Numbered from the stretch's first letter, positions 47,993-58,707 are shown. The stretch is 64,000 nucleotides of DNA from Candidatus Bathyarchaeota archaeon (GCA_963733095.1 CAVTBV010000012.1:224001-288000), one strand, 5' to 3'. The notes: a model not told the origin generated them from the letters alone. Program-made: numbers and translations.

Positions 47993-48538
47993 ATGTCAAG
48001 TATAGAAAACAATAATCGAAGAGTAGAAATACAAAAAAGAATTGTTAGTTTAGCCGATAAACTGAATAGAGTAAAAGCCGATTTATATCAGGATACAAAA
48101 AAAGAGATTAAAGTATTAGAAGATGAACTCAAAAGTCTTCCACCAGTAACTTTGGAAGGTGGAAACGTCTATCTAAAAACCAAGATTTCTTATGCAAATG
48201 ATAGGTACAAAGTTGTCAATTTCAAAGGAAAATTCCACTTCTATGATGATACAGAATGCCTTTCTTCTCAGGTAATCGTTGATGAAAATGGTAAACCATG
48301 CAAGGCTATAGTGAGTAGAATTAACTCTGAAACTCACGGAGAACTTGTAAACATTGTTTATAATCTAAAGATCGATGCCGAGGAGCCAAAAGCACCTGTG
48401 GGTAAACCTATCAGATTAAAATTTGGTAGACCAGATGATTGGAAATGTCCTCTCTGCTTATTTGAAAACCCAGTTGAATATGATGCTTGTTTTGGATGCA
48501 GACATCCAAGACCAGAAAACTTGGCAATAAAACTGTAA
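47993..48538 (+). CDS. Hypothetical protein with C-terminal RanBP2/NZF-type Zn finger
   Basis: DDWKCPLCLFENPVEYDACFGCRHPRP. Confidence 0.6.
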   Translation: MSSIENNNRRVEIQKRIVSLADKLNRVKADLYQDTKKEIKVLEDELKSLPPVTLEGGNVYLKTKISYANDRYKVVNFKGKFHFYDDTECLSSQVIVDENGKPCKAIVSRINSETHGELVNIVYNLKIDAEEPKAPVGKPIRLKFGRPDDWKCPLCLFENPVEYDACFGCRHPRPENLAIKL

Positions 48539-48573
48539 TTGATAATTTGTGATTACTTAAGGTGGTGATTGTT

Positions 48574-48687
48574 TTGGATAAAGCTATTATTGCAATAGGT
48601 AAGGATACTCAAGCAAAATTAAATGATCTAAAGACTAACAAAGCAGAGCACTATGATGTAGTTATTCAAAGACTACTCAAAAAATAA
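48574..48687 (+). CDS. Tiny RHH/antitoxin-like protein (37 aa)
   Basis: SD-like AGGTGGTGA; MDKAIIAIGKDTQAKLNDLK...HYDVVIQRLL. Confidence 0.5.
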   Translation: MDKAIIAIGKDTQAKLNDLKTNKAEHYDVVIQRLLKK

Positions 48688-48963
48688 GTCAAGTTTCTTT
48701 TGTTTAATTGGATGGAGTATTAGGGTTCTCTTAACTCACCTTTGTGCTTCCATCCCAAAATAAATCTAATTTTTAGACAAGTTCTCTTATCTTCTTTTTA
48801 TGTGACAAACAGTATATGAAGAATCAATAAACCTTAAATGAATGTTTGATGGTTTTTCTTATTGTTTGCCCGATGAAGGGTTTCCCCTTCTACCCGTCCC
48901 CTATCTCTCTAAAAGAACCCTGAGAGCAGACTGCTCACAGACATTTTCTTTTCTTATTGTTTC

Positions 48964-49227
48964 TTAAGGCTTGAAAATAACTAAGTATTTTCTTTCTTTA
49001 TCCTCTTCAAGCTTTAAGCCATGTTTTTTAGCAAACATTTCTATTTCTTTATTATAATCACATTTAATCTGAATCTGGTAATCATCAAGTTTTCTCAGTG
49101 AGACATGAATATATGTTGGCTCTACAAGATTGTTAGCCACTAATTCTTTTAGCATCGACATAGCTTCTAGCCGATTCAAGTGTAAATTCCCCCTAAACCG
49201 AGTTAACGCTATTATAGGATTTAACAT
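48964..49227 (-). CDS. Hypothetical protein
   Basis: NRLEAMSMLKEL...YQIQIKC...FAKKHGL; protein-like composition. Confidence 0.5.
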   Translation of the reverse strand: MLNPIIALTRFRGNLHLNRLEAMSMLKELVANNLVEPTYIHVSLRKLDDYQIQIKCDYNKEIEMFAKKHGLKLEEDKERKYLVIFKP

Positions 49228-49605
49228 TTCTTAAAAATGAACTATTAAGATTCAGCGTTGAACATAAAAGCAAGAGAGCAAAATATTCACGGAAAACGCA
49301 ATAATATTCTTAAGCAAGTTAGTAATCTAAGGAAGATTATAGCGGTGTTATAATTGGTTCAATGTGAAAACTCTTTAGGTAAAGAGCAGTGCGATGGCGA
49401 ACTGATATTTGACCGACAGATAAAAATGTACAAGTGCCCAAAGTGCGAATATCTTTATGACATAGAATGGTATGAACGTTTGTTAGACCAACATTTCGAA
49501 ATTTAAGTTCAGACACTTTGCATTCCATCGAGGAAAAGCTAAGAGAATCTTCTTTCCTCTCTTTTTTTGAAAAAATCGGTTAATGAGAACTAAAGCAAAA
49601 AAAAC

Positions 49606-50208
49606 TTATGATAGAGCATTGATTGCTTCATTTATAATCGCTATAACTTTATCAACGGTGTGAACAAAAACAACTGCTTCAAAAGTGTCGAGCATAATGT
49701 ATCCTCTTGGGTCATCTTTATTATTAATATTCAATTCCTTGATATGCACATATGCCTTGTTTAGAGATGCAAGACTCTTAGGTTTTAGCGATGAAGCAAG
49801 TTCAACCTTCAAACAATCATAAGCATCACAAACAAAAGGAAAATTATTAGTTGAAACCGTGTATATATCTCCCTCTTTTTTAGCATTTAATAGGCTATCC
49901 TTGACGACTTTAAGTTCATTACTTACCGCTTTCTTAGCTTGTCGTTTACGATTTCGACTTTTAATAAAATCGGTAAGTTGTGAGAGTGTAAATCCTACTA
50001 CGACACCAACAATAGCTCCAACAATTGCAAATATTGAGGTTAGAGGTATCTCACTCATGTCTATTACATGCTCTTCAATCATCGGTTTTATCTTTAATAT
50101 CTTTGGGAGAAGAAGGATATGGCAAAAAAGCGGAAGAGAGAGAAAGCAAAAATCTAATAGCTGGATTACCTGAATATAGAAAACGGTTGTGATAATTATG
50201 GAAAACAA
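49606..50208 (-). CDS. Hypothetical protein with N-terminal TM; true start probably downstream
   Basis: AIVGAIVGVVVGF TM followed by basic RNRKR. Confidence 0.5.
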   Translation of the reverse strand: MFSIIITTVFYIQVIQLLDFCFLSLPLFCHILLLPKILKIKPMIEEHVIDMSEIPLTSIFAIVGAIVGVVVGFTLSQLTDFIKSRNRKRQAKKAVSNELKVVKDSLLNAKKEGDIYTVSTNNFPFVCDAYDCLKVELASSLKPKSLASLNKAYVHIKELNINNKDDPRGYIMLDTFEAVVFVHTVDKVIAIINEAINALS

Positions 50209-50437
50209 AGAAGTTTATAAAGGCAAGATTATTGAGACGGAAACTTTAGCAGGTAAAACTCTTTATCTTGATATGCCCCGTAAAGCTGAAGATGATGCTT
50301 TTCCCTTATTTGGTGCATTTGGTACTCTGACTATGGACAAAATATTCAAGCCATATCTAGGAAAAGATATTAGCATAACAATTGAAAAGAAAGAAGGAAA
50401 AGTACACGATATTATTATCCAAGAGGAACAAAAATGA
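50189..50437 (+). CDS. Hypothetical protein
   Basis: 82-aa ORF. Confidence 0.4.
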   Translation: MIIMENKEVYKGKIIETETLAGKTLYLDMPRKAEDDAFPLFGAFGTLTMDKIFKPYLGKDISITIEKKEGKVHDIIIQEEQK

Positions 50438-50758
50438 GCTCAAGGGAAGAAACTAAACAATTATTAACGGATGAAGAAATTCATATGAAATACATAAGAT
50501 TTTAAGAAGTCGAATAGAAAAAGCGATTGAGAACAAGTTCAATGGAATCCCTTTGCGTAATGATGAGGGAATATTCTATATTGCCCAAAGTCAAATAGCG
50601 AATCCATCTCAGGTAATTAATGATATTGTCAATTACCTAATAGACGAGCTATCCGAGAAAGCCATCTTATTGAATGACCCAGAGCCAATAAAACGACAGA
50701 GTAAGCCTAAAGTTGGATATTCAGGACAAGTATTCTAATAATTCAAATCTTTCAGACG

Positions 50759-51220
50759 ATGGCAAAACTTAAAACCTCATTGAGTAGAAATAGCTTAAGC
50801 ATGGCTAATGAAAAACAAAAAGATGTGGTTGTCGATAGCGAGATAGAGATACAAAGAGTCCAGGCTTTAATGAGCTATTTTCAAACAAGGGTGAACATAT
50901 CTTATTCGATTCGTTACGGTTTTATCGTTGGATATCTTATTTTTCTTGCAACTTTATTTTTTCAGGGAACAATATATTCACAATTAATTAATTTAAAAGC
51001 TAGTTCCGAATTAGCAAGTATTCTAAATCTTTTTATTTTTATGATATTGGCTTATACCCTTGTTTATTTTATGAAGCCTAGAATAATACAGCTAAATGCG
51101 CAGAGAGATAACTGCCTAAAAATAGTTGATGAATTATTTCAAAAAATAAATCAAGGCATTCCGATACCTTCTTTGATAGAATTAAAAGAATGCCAATATC
51201 CAGCTCAAAACAACAAATAA
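50759..51220 (+). CDS. Two-TM hypothetical protein
   Basis: Two hydrophobic helices. Confidence 0.5.
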   Translation: MAKLKTSLSRNSLSMANEKQKDVVVDSEIEIQRVQALMSYFQTRVNISYSIRYGFIVGYLIFLATLFFQGTIYSQLINLKASSELASILNLFIFMILAYTLVYFMKPRIIQLNAQRDNCLKIVDELFQKINQGIPIPSLIELKECQYPAQNNK

Positions 51221-51690
51221 TGAAAACTATTAGTTTCTTAGTCTTTGAAGACTACAAGAACATGGAAACAAGGGAAACTACGGTTAAAAATAATCTTGAA
51301 GTATCTACGACTTTTTCTGGATTTAGAAATTTAGCATCAAATATCAATAATTCACCATTAAATTGGTCGACAGCTTTATCAGCATTCCAAGTATTATTTC
51401 ATATACTGAATGTTCCAATAAATGATGGTGGCGAGGATTTGAATCCTACAGCCACTATGGAACATTAACATAAAATGTTACTCTAACCTAGTAACAAAAA
51501 ACTAACTAACATGATTTTTAAGAACTAAAAACTCGTATGCTTACAATTTTTTATGTCAGGTACAAGCTAGACTCAGCCCCGAACGTCACGGTTTGAAGCG
51601 TAAAATAAATCAAAATCAGAAATTAGATTTCCCCCACAATAATCATTTCCAGCATAACACGGAGTAAACCTATGTTTTGGAATTAAAGGC

Positions 51691-51840
51691 AAACTGCTAG
51701 TTAGTTGCTAGGTAGTGACATACAGAAATGGTATAAAGCATACTGCGAACATCGAAGCACTCTCCATGTATTAATAAAGAGAAAACTTAGCCATTTACTA
51801 CATTGAAATTTGAAGCTGTATTCACAAAGATAACTCTTAA
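51691..51840 (+). repeat. ~150-bp non-coding module, copy 1
   Basis: GCTAGTTAGTTGCTAGGTAGTGA...CATCGAAGCA...TTCACA shared with 52767-52922. Confidence 0.75.
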
Positions 51841-51868
51841 ATCTGCATAGCATAGAAATAGACTAAAC

Positions 51869-52766
51869 ATGAGAGAGAACCAACCCATCAAGAAATTAAG
51901 TTCCTCAAAATTCTGAGGAAAATGAATACCAAATAGGTTTCTGGATAAAGGGATTATCTACACCAGAAGAAAAAATAGTTTTTAATGATGCGCTTATTGT
52001 TAAAGGAGAACCTAAGAAAGCAGTAACTAAAATATTTTTTAAAACTACAAATAAAAATACTAAAGATAAATTTGAAATCAAAGAGAAGAAAATTCTAGGG
52101 AATATTTTTCAGATATATGGATTAGTCTCCAATAGTAGTATTGAAGTGCCATCAGGTTATTGCGCTTCTCCAATTACAAAGGATATTCCATTTGGAACCA
52201 TGAAGTTTACGTTTATTACTTCTGAAGATATACCTGATGAAAAAAGGAAACAAAGAAACAAGTCATTTATTGAAAAGGCAGTTATAAAATATTACGCTTT
52301 AAGCAGTATCTTTGAAAACAAAGATAGAGTATTCTTGAGAAATTCTATTGATTATTATAACCGTTCTTTAAAAGACGATAGATTGGAAGAAAAGCTAATC
52401 GATCTTATGATTGCTCTAGAATCTTTAGTTTCTAACAATGAGAAAGATGAATTAGCCTTGAGATATTCGCTTAGAATTGCATTTCTTGTAAGCGTTGGAA
52501 ATGAGACTAATCGCCCAGAAATTTTCAAGATGGTTAAAACACTATATGATAAACGAAGCAAAATCGTTCATGGAGAGAGTGAAGTGAAATTGGATTTTAC
52601 TGAAGTATATGCATTCCAAGAAATAATTAATCGCGCTATACGAAGGCTCATCTACATTAAACAGTCAAAAGATGATTTCTATAAACTATTAGATCAAGCA
52701 ATTTATGATCAAAGTAAAAAACAAGTTTTTGATGAAGTGGTCAAAGAAGCTATTAGGCAATGGTAA
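51869..52766 (+). CDS. ApeA-like HEPN protein; frame open from 51900, 5' frameshift near 51898 (ORF track starts at 52146)
   Basis: LMIALESL, LRYSLRIAFL, YDKRSKIVHG (RxxxxH); 82 stop-free codons upstream of GTG 52146. Confidence 0.75.
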
Positions 52767-52922
52767 AAACTCGCTAGTTAGTTCCTAGGTAGTGATATGT
52801 ATAGTAGTGCTATGGGCAGTACTTCGAGGCATCGAAGCATCAATCCACGTATAGATAAATGGGAAACTTTGCTTATTTCAGCATAGATTTGAGATTACTT
52901 TCACAGAGCATAAACGCTTTAA
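52767..52922 (+). repeat. ~150-bp non-coding module, copy 2
   Basis: GCTAGTTAGTTCCTAGGTAGTGA...CATCGAAGCA...TTCACA; begins right after the HEPN stop codon. Confidence 0.75.
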
Positions 52923-52957
52923 GCAAACGATAGACTAAGAATGAGGTTGAGTAAGGC

Positions 52958-53404
52958 ATGTCTCTAATCGATGCATTAACTATCTCTGTGGCTGTAGCCA
53001 GTGGAATAATTATACCAGTAGCTTTAGCGTATAGACCAGAGGACATTCCCTTTAAACTCATAAGGCACGATAGCTCAGTGGACAAACCCATTAAGAGCAA
53101 AACAGCCATTGAAGTTTCTCACCCAGATAAAGCCATAACAAAATGTAGGGTACTCTACAAAGGGCATGCGCTTTTGTGTGATGAAAGTAATCAGCTATAC
53201 GTCACTGTTTTAGCTCAGGGATCAGCACTTTTCCGTATCCCATTAAACTTAGAGGATAATGAAGCAAAGATTATAGTGAAAAATGGAAGGCATGTTTTAA
53301 GAAAAGAAAAACTGAAAAACTTAGAGAAAATAGTGGAGCCGATAAAACCAGAGCCTAAGAAACCAAAGATCGGAAGATCACCATATCAAGGGATTGTATT
53401 TTAA
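52958..53404 (+). CDS. Hypothetical protein with N-terminal TM
   Basis: Hydrophobic N-terminus; follows repeat copy 2. Confidence 0.5.
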   Translation: MSLIDALTISVAVASGIIIPVALAYRPEDIPFKLIRHDSSVDKPIKSKTAIEVSHPDKAITKCRVLYKGHALLCDESNQLYVTVLAQGSALFRIPLNLEDNEAKIIVKNGRHVLRKEKLKNLEKIVEPIKPEPKKPKIGRSPYQGIVF

Positions 53405-53726
53405 ACTGATCTATCTTTGGTCCCTAATCTAAATTAAAAAACTAGATGTGGGCATTTTGAGTGTATTTTTCCAATATTCAAATACATACCTGAAACGATC
53501 ATTTTACTGCCTCACACTCAATTCCGAGTATATAAGAACATAGACTTTAAGCAAGAAAAAACTACAGTTAGCTATCAAGTTGAAAGAGAGAGTATTTATT
53601 AGCAACAGGTTAGTATTTTGCTTAATTAAACAGTATAATTAGTCAATGAGTAGTAAAGATTTCAATACTGAGGTTCTTACTACTTATTAATTAAACCCAT
53701 ACTGCATAAGGTAAAGGCGAACAACT

Positions 53727-54068
53727 GTGTCCATAGCAACCAAACTAAAAACCTTCAAGACTCTCGAACTGGCATCCTTAGCCTTCTTTGCCCTCTCAGG
53801 CTTAATCCTGCTGGTTTCACTACCCCTTACAAGTTATCCACCGCACCTTGCCTTCTTGGGAATCCTAAGCTTGATAACCGCTTACTGCCTCTTCACCAAA
53901 CGGGCGTGGGCACCCTGGTTAGTCGCCATCCTGTTAATCACCAACACCGCATTTTCGCTAGACATCCTGATTTCAGCGGGCTTTAGCAACATTCTTGTTG
54001 GGTTAAGTATGATAGCTTACGCTGTTTTAACATGGATAGTTACGGCTTATCTGCTACTGAAAAGATAA
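53727..54068 (+). CDS. Four-TM membrane protein
   Basis: Hydrophobic; host-like composition. Confidence 0.6.
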   Translation: MSIATKLKTFKTLELASLAFFALSGLILLVSLPLTSYPPHLAFLGILSLITAYCLFTKRAWAPWLVAILLITNTAFSLDILISAGFSNILVGLSMIAYAVLTWIVTAYLLLKR

Positions 54069-54069
54069 G

Positions 54070-55320
54070 CTAAGTTTTAGCGACGGCCCCCCGAAAGAGC
54101 ACGACCGCTACTTCTTGGTCCGAATCTACGAACTGCTCGTTTTCAGCTATCTCCACAAACCCATCAGCGTTAGCTAAAGTGGTAATTGCACCTGAAGCCC
54201 CAACCTCCAGAGGCTGCGCAATTAAGCGGCATTCTTTATCAAACTCTAAACGCACCATCACAAAGGTTCGCCTGCCCTTGGCACTAAACATTCGCAACCC
54301 GGCAAACGCCCTAACCACCTTCATGGCGCCTGCAGGTCTACCTGCTAACCTTTGAATCAGTGGTCTTGCAAGCAAATAGAAAATCAGCAAAGCCGACGTA
54401 GGGTGACCAGGCAACGAAAACACTGGTTTGCCGTCGACGAATCCGACGGTTGTGGGTTTGCCAGGCTTCACCGCTATACCATAAACAACGATGCCGGGCT
54501 TGCCAAGCGAATCCACAATTTGGGGAGTATAGTCGCGGGGACCAACTGAGACTCCGCCCGAGGTAATCAGCATATCCGCTGAAGCTACCGCCGTGTGCAA
54601 AGCTTTAGCCAATGCGGCTTTGTCGTCGGGGACCACGCCGAAGTAGACGGGTTTTCCGCCGCTTTCGATGACGGCGGTGCTTATGCTGTAGGCGTTGATG
54701 TCGTAGATTTTTCCTGGCGGCAAAGGTTTGCCAGGCTCCGTGACTTCCCCACCAGTTGACAACACCGCGACTATCGGGATTTTCAGAACTTTAACTTGAG
54801 TCAAGCCCAAAGCGGCTAAAACCCCAATTTCAGAAGAACCCAAAACCTGCCCCTTCTTTAGCACCACGGAGCCCTTCTTGAGGTCTGAGCCCTTCTTCAT
54901 AACATTCTCGTTTGCCGTAACCGCGCCAAAAACCTGCAAATCTGCATCTTCCCGCTCAGTATCCTCCACCATGACCACCGCGTCTGCACCCTCAGGAATC
55001 GGAGCACCAGTAGCGATTTCAACCGCCTCACCCTTAGCCACTTTAACGTTGGGTTGCTCACCAGCAATGACGGCGCCAGAAATCTTGAGGATTACAGGCT
55101 GGTTTTCGTCTGCTCCAAACGTATCCCCAGCTCTCACGGCGTAGCCATCCACGGTTGAACGGTTAAACGGCGGAATATCCAGCAACGAAACCACATCCTC
55201 ACTTAGCACGCGGTTGTAAGCTTCCAAAAGCACCGCCTCTTCTTCACCCAAAAAAACCGGCTTAAACTCCTCATCTATCTTTCTTTTGGCTTCATCAAAA
55301 GTCATGAGTTTTCTAAACAT
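54070..55320 (-). CDS. moeA: Molybdopterin molybdotransferase MoeA
   Basis: PPFNRSTVDGYAV, ATGAPIPEGADAVVMVE, SGGVSVG, KPGKP. Confidence 0.93.
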   Translation of the reverse strand: MFRKLMTFDEAKRKIDEEFKPVFLGEEEAVLLEAYNRVLSEDVVSLLDIPPFNRSTVDGYAVRAGDTFGADENQPVILKISGAVIAGEQPNVKVAKGEAVEIATGAPIPEGADAVVMVEDTEREDADLQVFGAVTANENVMKKGSDLKKGSVVLKKGQVLGSSEIGVLAALGLTQVKVLKIPIVAVLSTGGEVTEPGKPLPPGKIYDINAYSISTAVIESGGKPVYFGVVPDDKAALAKALHTAVASADMLITSGGVSVGPRDYTPQIVDSLGKPGIVVYGIAVKPGKPTTVGFVDGKPVFSLPGHPTSALLIFYLLARPLIQRLAGRPAGAMKVVRAFAGLRMFSAKGRRTFVMVRLEFDKECRLIAQPLEVGASGAITTLANADGFVEIAENEQFVDSDQEVAVVLFRGAVAKT

Positions 55321-56560
55321 CGTTTGTTTCCCCTAAACTGCCGAACATTTGCACAATTACAGCTTCGCCTTCCAATATGCCCTCGCGGTTTTCAGGAACA
55401 ACCACGTAACCGTTGCTCTGCGTCATTGTGGAAATAGAACCCGACCCCTTCGCACTGACTGGTTCAGCAACCAACTCACCATTTTTCATAGCAACCCGAA
55501 CACGGACGTAGGTTTTTCTTCCCAAAACACTCGTAATTCTTCTCGCCAAAACTGCTTTAACGATTGGTCTTGGCTCGGTTTGGCTCATTCCAAGCATCTT
55601 GCAGATTAGGGGTCTACCGAAGACTTCAAAGCCGATAACAGCAGCCACAGGATTGCCCGACAAAATCAAAACAGGCTTACTCTCCAACACGCCGACAGCA
55701 GTAGGCATCGCAGGACGCAACGCAACGCCATGAATGACGACGCCTGGTTTCCCAAGCCCATCTACCACATCGGGCACCAAGTCAAATCCACCAACACTTG
55801 TTCCACCCGTGGTGATGACAATATCATGGTTTTCGAGACCATTCTGGATTTTTTGGGAGATCTCGTCGGTGTTGTCTTTGGCTATTCCAAGGTCAGTTGT
55901 TTGGGCACCAAGTTCATTGCACATGGCCGATACCATGGTTTTGTTTGAATCGTAAATTTGATTTTTCGCACGTTCTGTGCCGACTTCAGCTATTTCGTTG
56001 CCTGTTGCTATGATGGCGATTTTGGGTTTTTCTGCGACTTTTAACTGGGTGTGTCCCAGTGCTGCAGCTAAACCTAAATGGTATGGGTTTAAGCGCGTAC
56101 CCCCTTTAACAATGAGGTTGCCCTCTTTGATGTCTTCACCTACCTTGGAAACGTTGGTCCAAGGTGCAAGTTGACTCCAAACCTCCAATTGCTCATCTAT
56201 CTTCTGTGTTTTTTCAATCATAACAACTACATCTGCACCGTCAGGGATTGGATGTCCAGTCCAAATTTGCTTGGCTTGTCCAAAGTTAATCTGGTCTGCT
56301 TGAGTTAGTTGAAGAATTACTGGCTTAGATTGGGAAGCACCCATTAAATCGGCTGATTTTACAGCATAGCCATCCATGGCCGACTTGTCAAAGCGCGGCA
56401 ATGCCTCTTGAGCCGTAAGGTCTTCGGTTAAGACGCGTCCGAGTGCGTCCTGCAGACTTACCAGAGTTTCTTTGGGTTTGCCAATCTGCAGGACACTAAA
56501 CCAAGTTTGTAGGGCTTGGTCAGTTAATGTTAGTTTTTGGAATCCTTTGAGTTTCACCAA
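55313..56560 (-). CDS. moeA: Molybdopterin molybdotransferase MoeA (second paralogue)
   Basis: PRFDKSAMDGYAV, TGGTSVG, SGNPV. Confidence 0.92.
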   Translation of the reverse strand: MVKLKGFQKLTLTDQALQTWFSVLQIGKPKETLVSLQDALGRVLTEDLTAQEALPRFDKSAMDGYAVKSADLMGASQSKPVILQLTQADQINFGQAKQIWTGHPIPDGADVVVMIEKTQKIDEQLEVWSQLAPWTNVSKVGEDIKEGNLIVKGGTRLNPYHLGLAAALGHTQLKVAEKPKIAIIATGNEIAEVGTERAKNQIYDSNKTMVSAMCNELGAQTTDLGIAKDNTDEISQKIQNGLENHDIVITTGGTSVGGFDLVPDVVDGLGKPGVVIHGVALRPAMPTAVGVLESKPVLILSGNPVAAVIGFEVFGRPLICKMLGMSQTEPRPIVKAVLARRITSVLGRKTYVRVRVAMKNGELVAEPVSAKGSGSISTMTQSNGYVVVPENREGILEGEAVIVQMFGSLGETNDV

Positions 56561-56696
56561 AACGGTTCCCTTAACAAAGCACTAGCGAATTAACGTAAAA
56601 AAACATATCGAACCAAAAACACCGTAAACATCAGGTTTTAGAAAAGCCCATTACGTGGAGCCTTCAGCAGTTGTTTTCTTCACTTTCTAAAAAGAA

Positions 56697-58001
56697 TTAA
56701 CCAGAAGTTGTGGGTCCAACAACTGTCGCTGAACTTTCAGTCAAGGATAAAAGCCAAGCTGAAACCACCAAGCAAGCGGCAGAAATGATGAAGGTGATAT
56801 AGAACCCCAAGTAGAATGAAAGGAACCCCGACAAGAATGAACCCATCATCGCTGCTGCACCAGCCAAAGCGCTGTAGACGCCTAAGGATGAACCGTTACG
56901 TCTTGGACTAAGTGAATTAAAAACCATGGTGTTTGATGCGGTATAGTAAATTGAATAAGCAATGCCTGAAGCTAAGGGATAAAAAATTAAAACTGGAAGT
57001 AAAAACCAAAACCCAGTTAAAAAGTAGGCAAAGACACCCATCATTCCGTATGCACCAGCTCGGAGTACTAATCCCCAAATGGCGCTTTTAACAGGCGACT
57101 TTTTCTCAGTGTACGGTCCAGCAAACTTAAAAGAAATTATCTGCACAACCATTCCCAGCATTATGACCGAAAAAATCAGCAAGTTAGAAATCCCAATGGC
57201 ATCCAAAGCGGGTACCAATGAAGTGTTGAAGATCCCCGAAGATAAGAAAAAGGCAAAAATGGCGAGGTAAAGCAGGGCAGTGTGCCGGATAAGTTCATGC
57301 CGAAGGCTTCTAAATAAGCGCTCAAAATCGTTTGGATGCGGAATTTTCAAAAACAAGTAGGGAGATTGCCGGAGTCTGTGGAAGAAACCTTGCTTGTGCA
57401 TAACTAAAACTTGGCGTTCGAAAACAATTTGTGGTTCTTTAATCAGAAATGTTGCTAGCCCGGCTGAAATCAACGATGAAACAGCTAAAGGAATTACCAA
57501 AAAGTCCAGAGGAATGTAAAATGACCAGACCATGCCCAAGAGTAAGCCAAGTGTTTGTCCGACACTGGATATCATAGAAAACTTGGCAAACGCTGAAGCC
57601 CACTTAGGTTTCTGCTCAGTCTCCATAACCAGCAAGTTAAGCGGCGTAGTTGAAGCTGTGGTCGCGAAAGAAAATAGTGCATACAGAAAAGAAAGCCAAT
57701 AGCCTGTTCTTGCAAACAAAAACAACGCGAGAAGTAAGGGTGTTACCAGAAAACTAGCCAGAATCAGGGGGCGGCGTTGCTGGAAACGGTCCGTTACAAA
57801 GCCCCAGAATAATGCTGCAGGAACACTTACAGCGTTAAACAAGGTCAATGCTAGTCCGACTTCCACGACGGTTCCGTTGAAATTCAAGATTAGCAGTTGA
57901 ACCAGAGTGCTTACGGGTCCCAGTGCGATGTTAAAGGGTAGAACCGAGTTTACCCACGCTGACCTGCTCCCACCCTTGGAAGTCCCAGAATTCAAGGTCA
58001 A
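56697..58001 (-). CDS. MFS transporter
   Basis: ~12 TMs; motif A-like WGFVTDRFQQRR. Confidence 0.85.
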   Translation of the reverse strand: MTLNSGTSKGGSRSAWVNSVLPFNIALGPVSTLVQLLILNFNGTVVEVGLALTLFNAVSVPAALFWGFVTDRFQQRRPLILASFLVTPLLLALFLFARTGYWLSFLYALFSFATTASTTPLNLLVMETEQKPKWASAFAKFSMISSVGQTLGLLLGMVWSFYIPLDFLVIPLAVSSLISAGLATFLIKEPQIVFERQVLVMHKQGFFHRLRQSPYLFLKIPHPNDFERLFRSLRHELIRHTALLYLAIFAFFLSSGIFNTSLVPALDAIGISNLLIFSVIMLGMVVQIISFKFAGPYTEKKSPVKSAIWGLVLRAGAYGMMGVFAYFLTGFWFLLPVLIFYPLASGIAYSIYYTASNTMVFNSLSPRRNGSSLGVYSALAGAAAMMGSFLSGFLSFYLGFYITFIISAACLVVSAWLLSLTESSATVVGPTTSG

Positions 58002-58194
58002 ATGAAAGATGTACCCTCCACAAAGAATAGGACAACTTGCTCAGTAGCTAAGACTAAATCTGAACTCATGAACAGAAACACATCTAAACAACGTAAAAAG
58101 AATTATCATCCTAATGACATTATTTTCGCATAATCAACAATTGTAGTAGGTAACCTATAGAACAGAAAGGGAATGTAGCGAACAACGAAAAAAA

Positions 58195-58707
58195 TTATTT
58201 TTTAGCTGCTTCGCTGGTCATTTTCTTGAGGAATTCTTTTATCCCATCAGGCTGACCGTAAACAACCAGGCGCCCATCTTTTTGGGGATTAACTGCGAGG
58301 TTTTGTGTCTTGGCCATTTGCAGTATTCGGTCAGTTGGCAGAGTCTGGATTGGTTCCACGCGGACCCATTTTTGGTCTCTGGGAACACCCGTGACAAATT
58401 TGTTTTCTGATTCTTCTTCGCAGATTCCAGCATTGGCTTCCTCCAGACGCCTAAGCCATGCGTCAACTTTTTCTACCCCAAAAATTTTTTGAGCTTCCGT
58501 CACTAGGAAAGCCTCCACATTTGCGGACAATTCTTCAGCTTTTTCGAGAGCGTCGCCAACGCCTATGGCTTGAGTGCAATGGAGTTTTATCATGGATTTT
58601 GCTGACCTCAAATCCCCCAGAATATTTTCTGGGACAACTACGCCTTGTTTCTTTAGGTCGATAGTCATTTCTTCAAGAAGTTTCCAATATGCCATGTTAT
58701 GACCCAT
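58195..58707 (-). CDS. DUF2096 family protein
   Basis: WKLLEEM..DL...DLRSAK; FVTGVPRDQKWVRV. Confidence 0.7.
   Translation of the reverse strand: MGHNMAYWKLLEEMTIDLKKQGVVVPENILGDLRSAKSMIKLHCTQAIGVGDALEKAEELSANVEAFLVTEAQKIFGVEKVDAWLRRLEEANAGICEEESENKFVTGVPRDQKWVRVEPIQTLPTDRILQMAKTQNLAVNPQKDGRLVVYGQPDGIKEFLKKMTSEAAKK

Larger units (their letters stand above)
43315..53690. mobile_element. AT-rich integrated element (plasmid/provirus-like remnant); boundaries approximate
   Basis: Integrase at left edge, dense small Zn-finger/RHH genes, HEPN cargo, clear GC drop between two host-like genes; no att repeat found. Confidence 0.7.

Noticed and set aside
51426-51446. TGGTGGCGAGGATTTGAATCC as a reverse tRNA 3' end / att site
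   Set aside because: Spacing too short for acceptor plus T stems; no cloverleaf
43260-53720. Direct-repeat att sites for island 2
   Set aside because: Only weak AT-rich similarities (ACCTATTA vs ACTTATTA); not convincing by eye
54070-56560. Tandem moeA duplication as novel
   Set aside because: Paired MoeA paralogues are common in archaea
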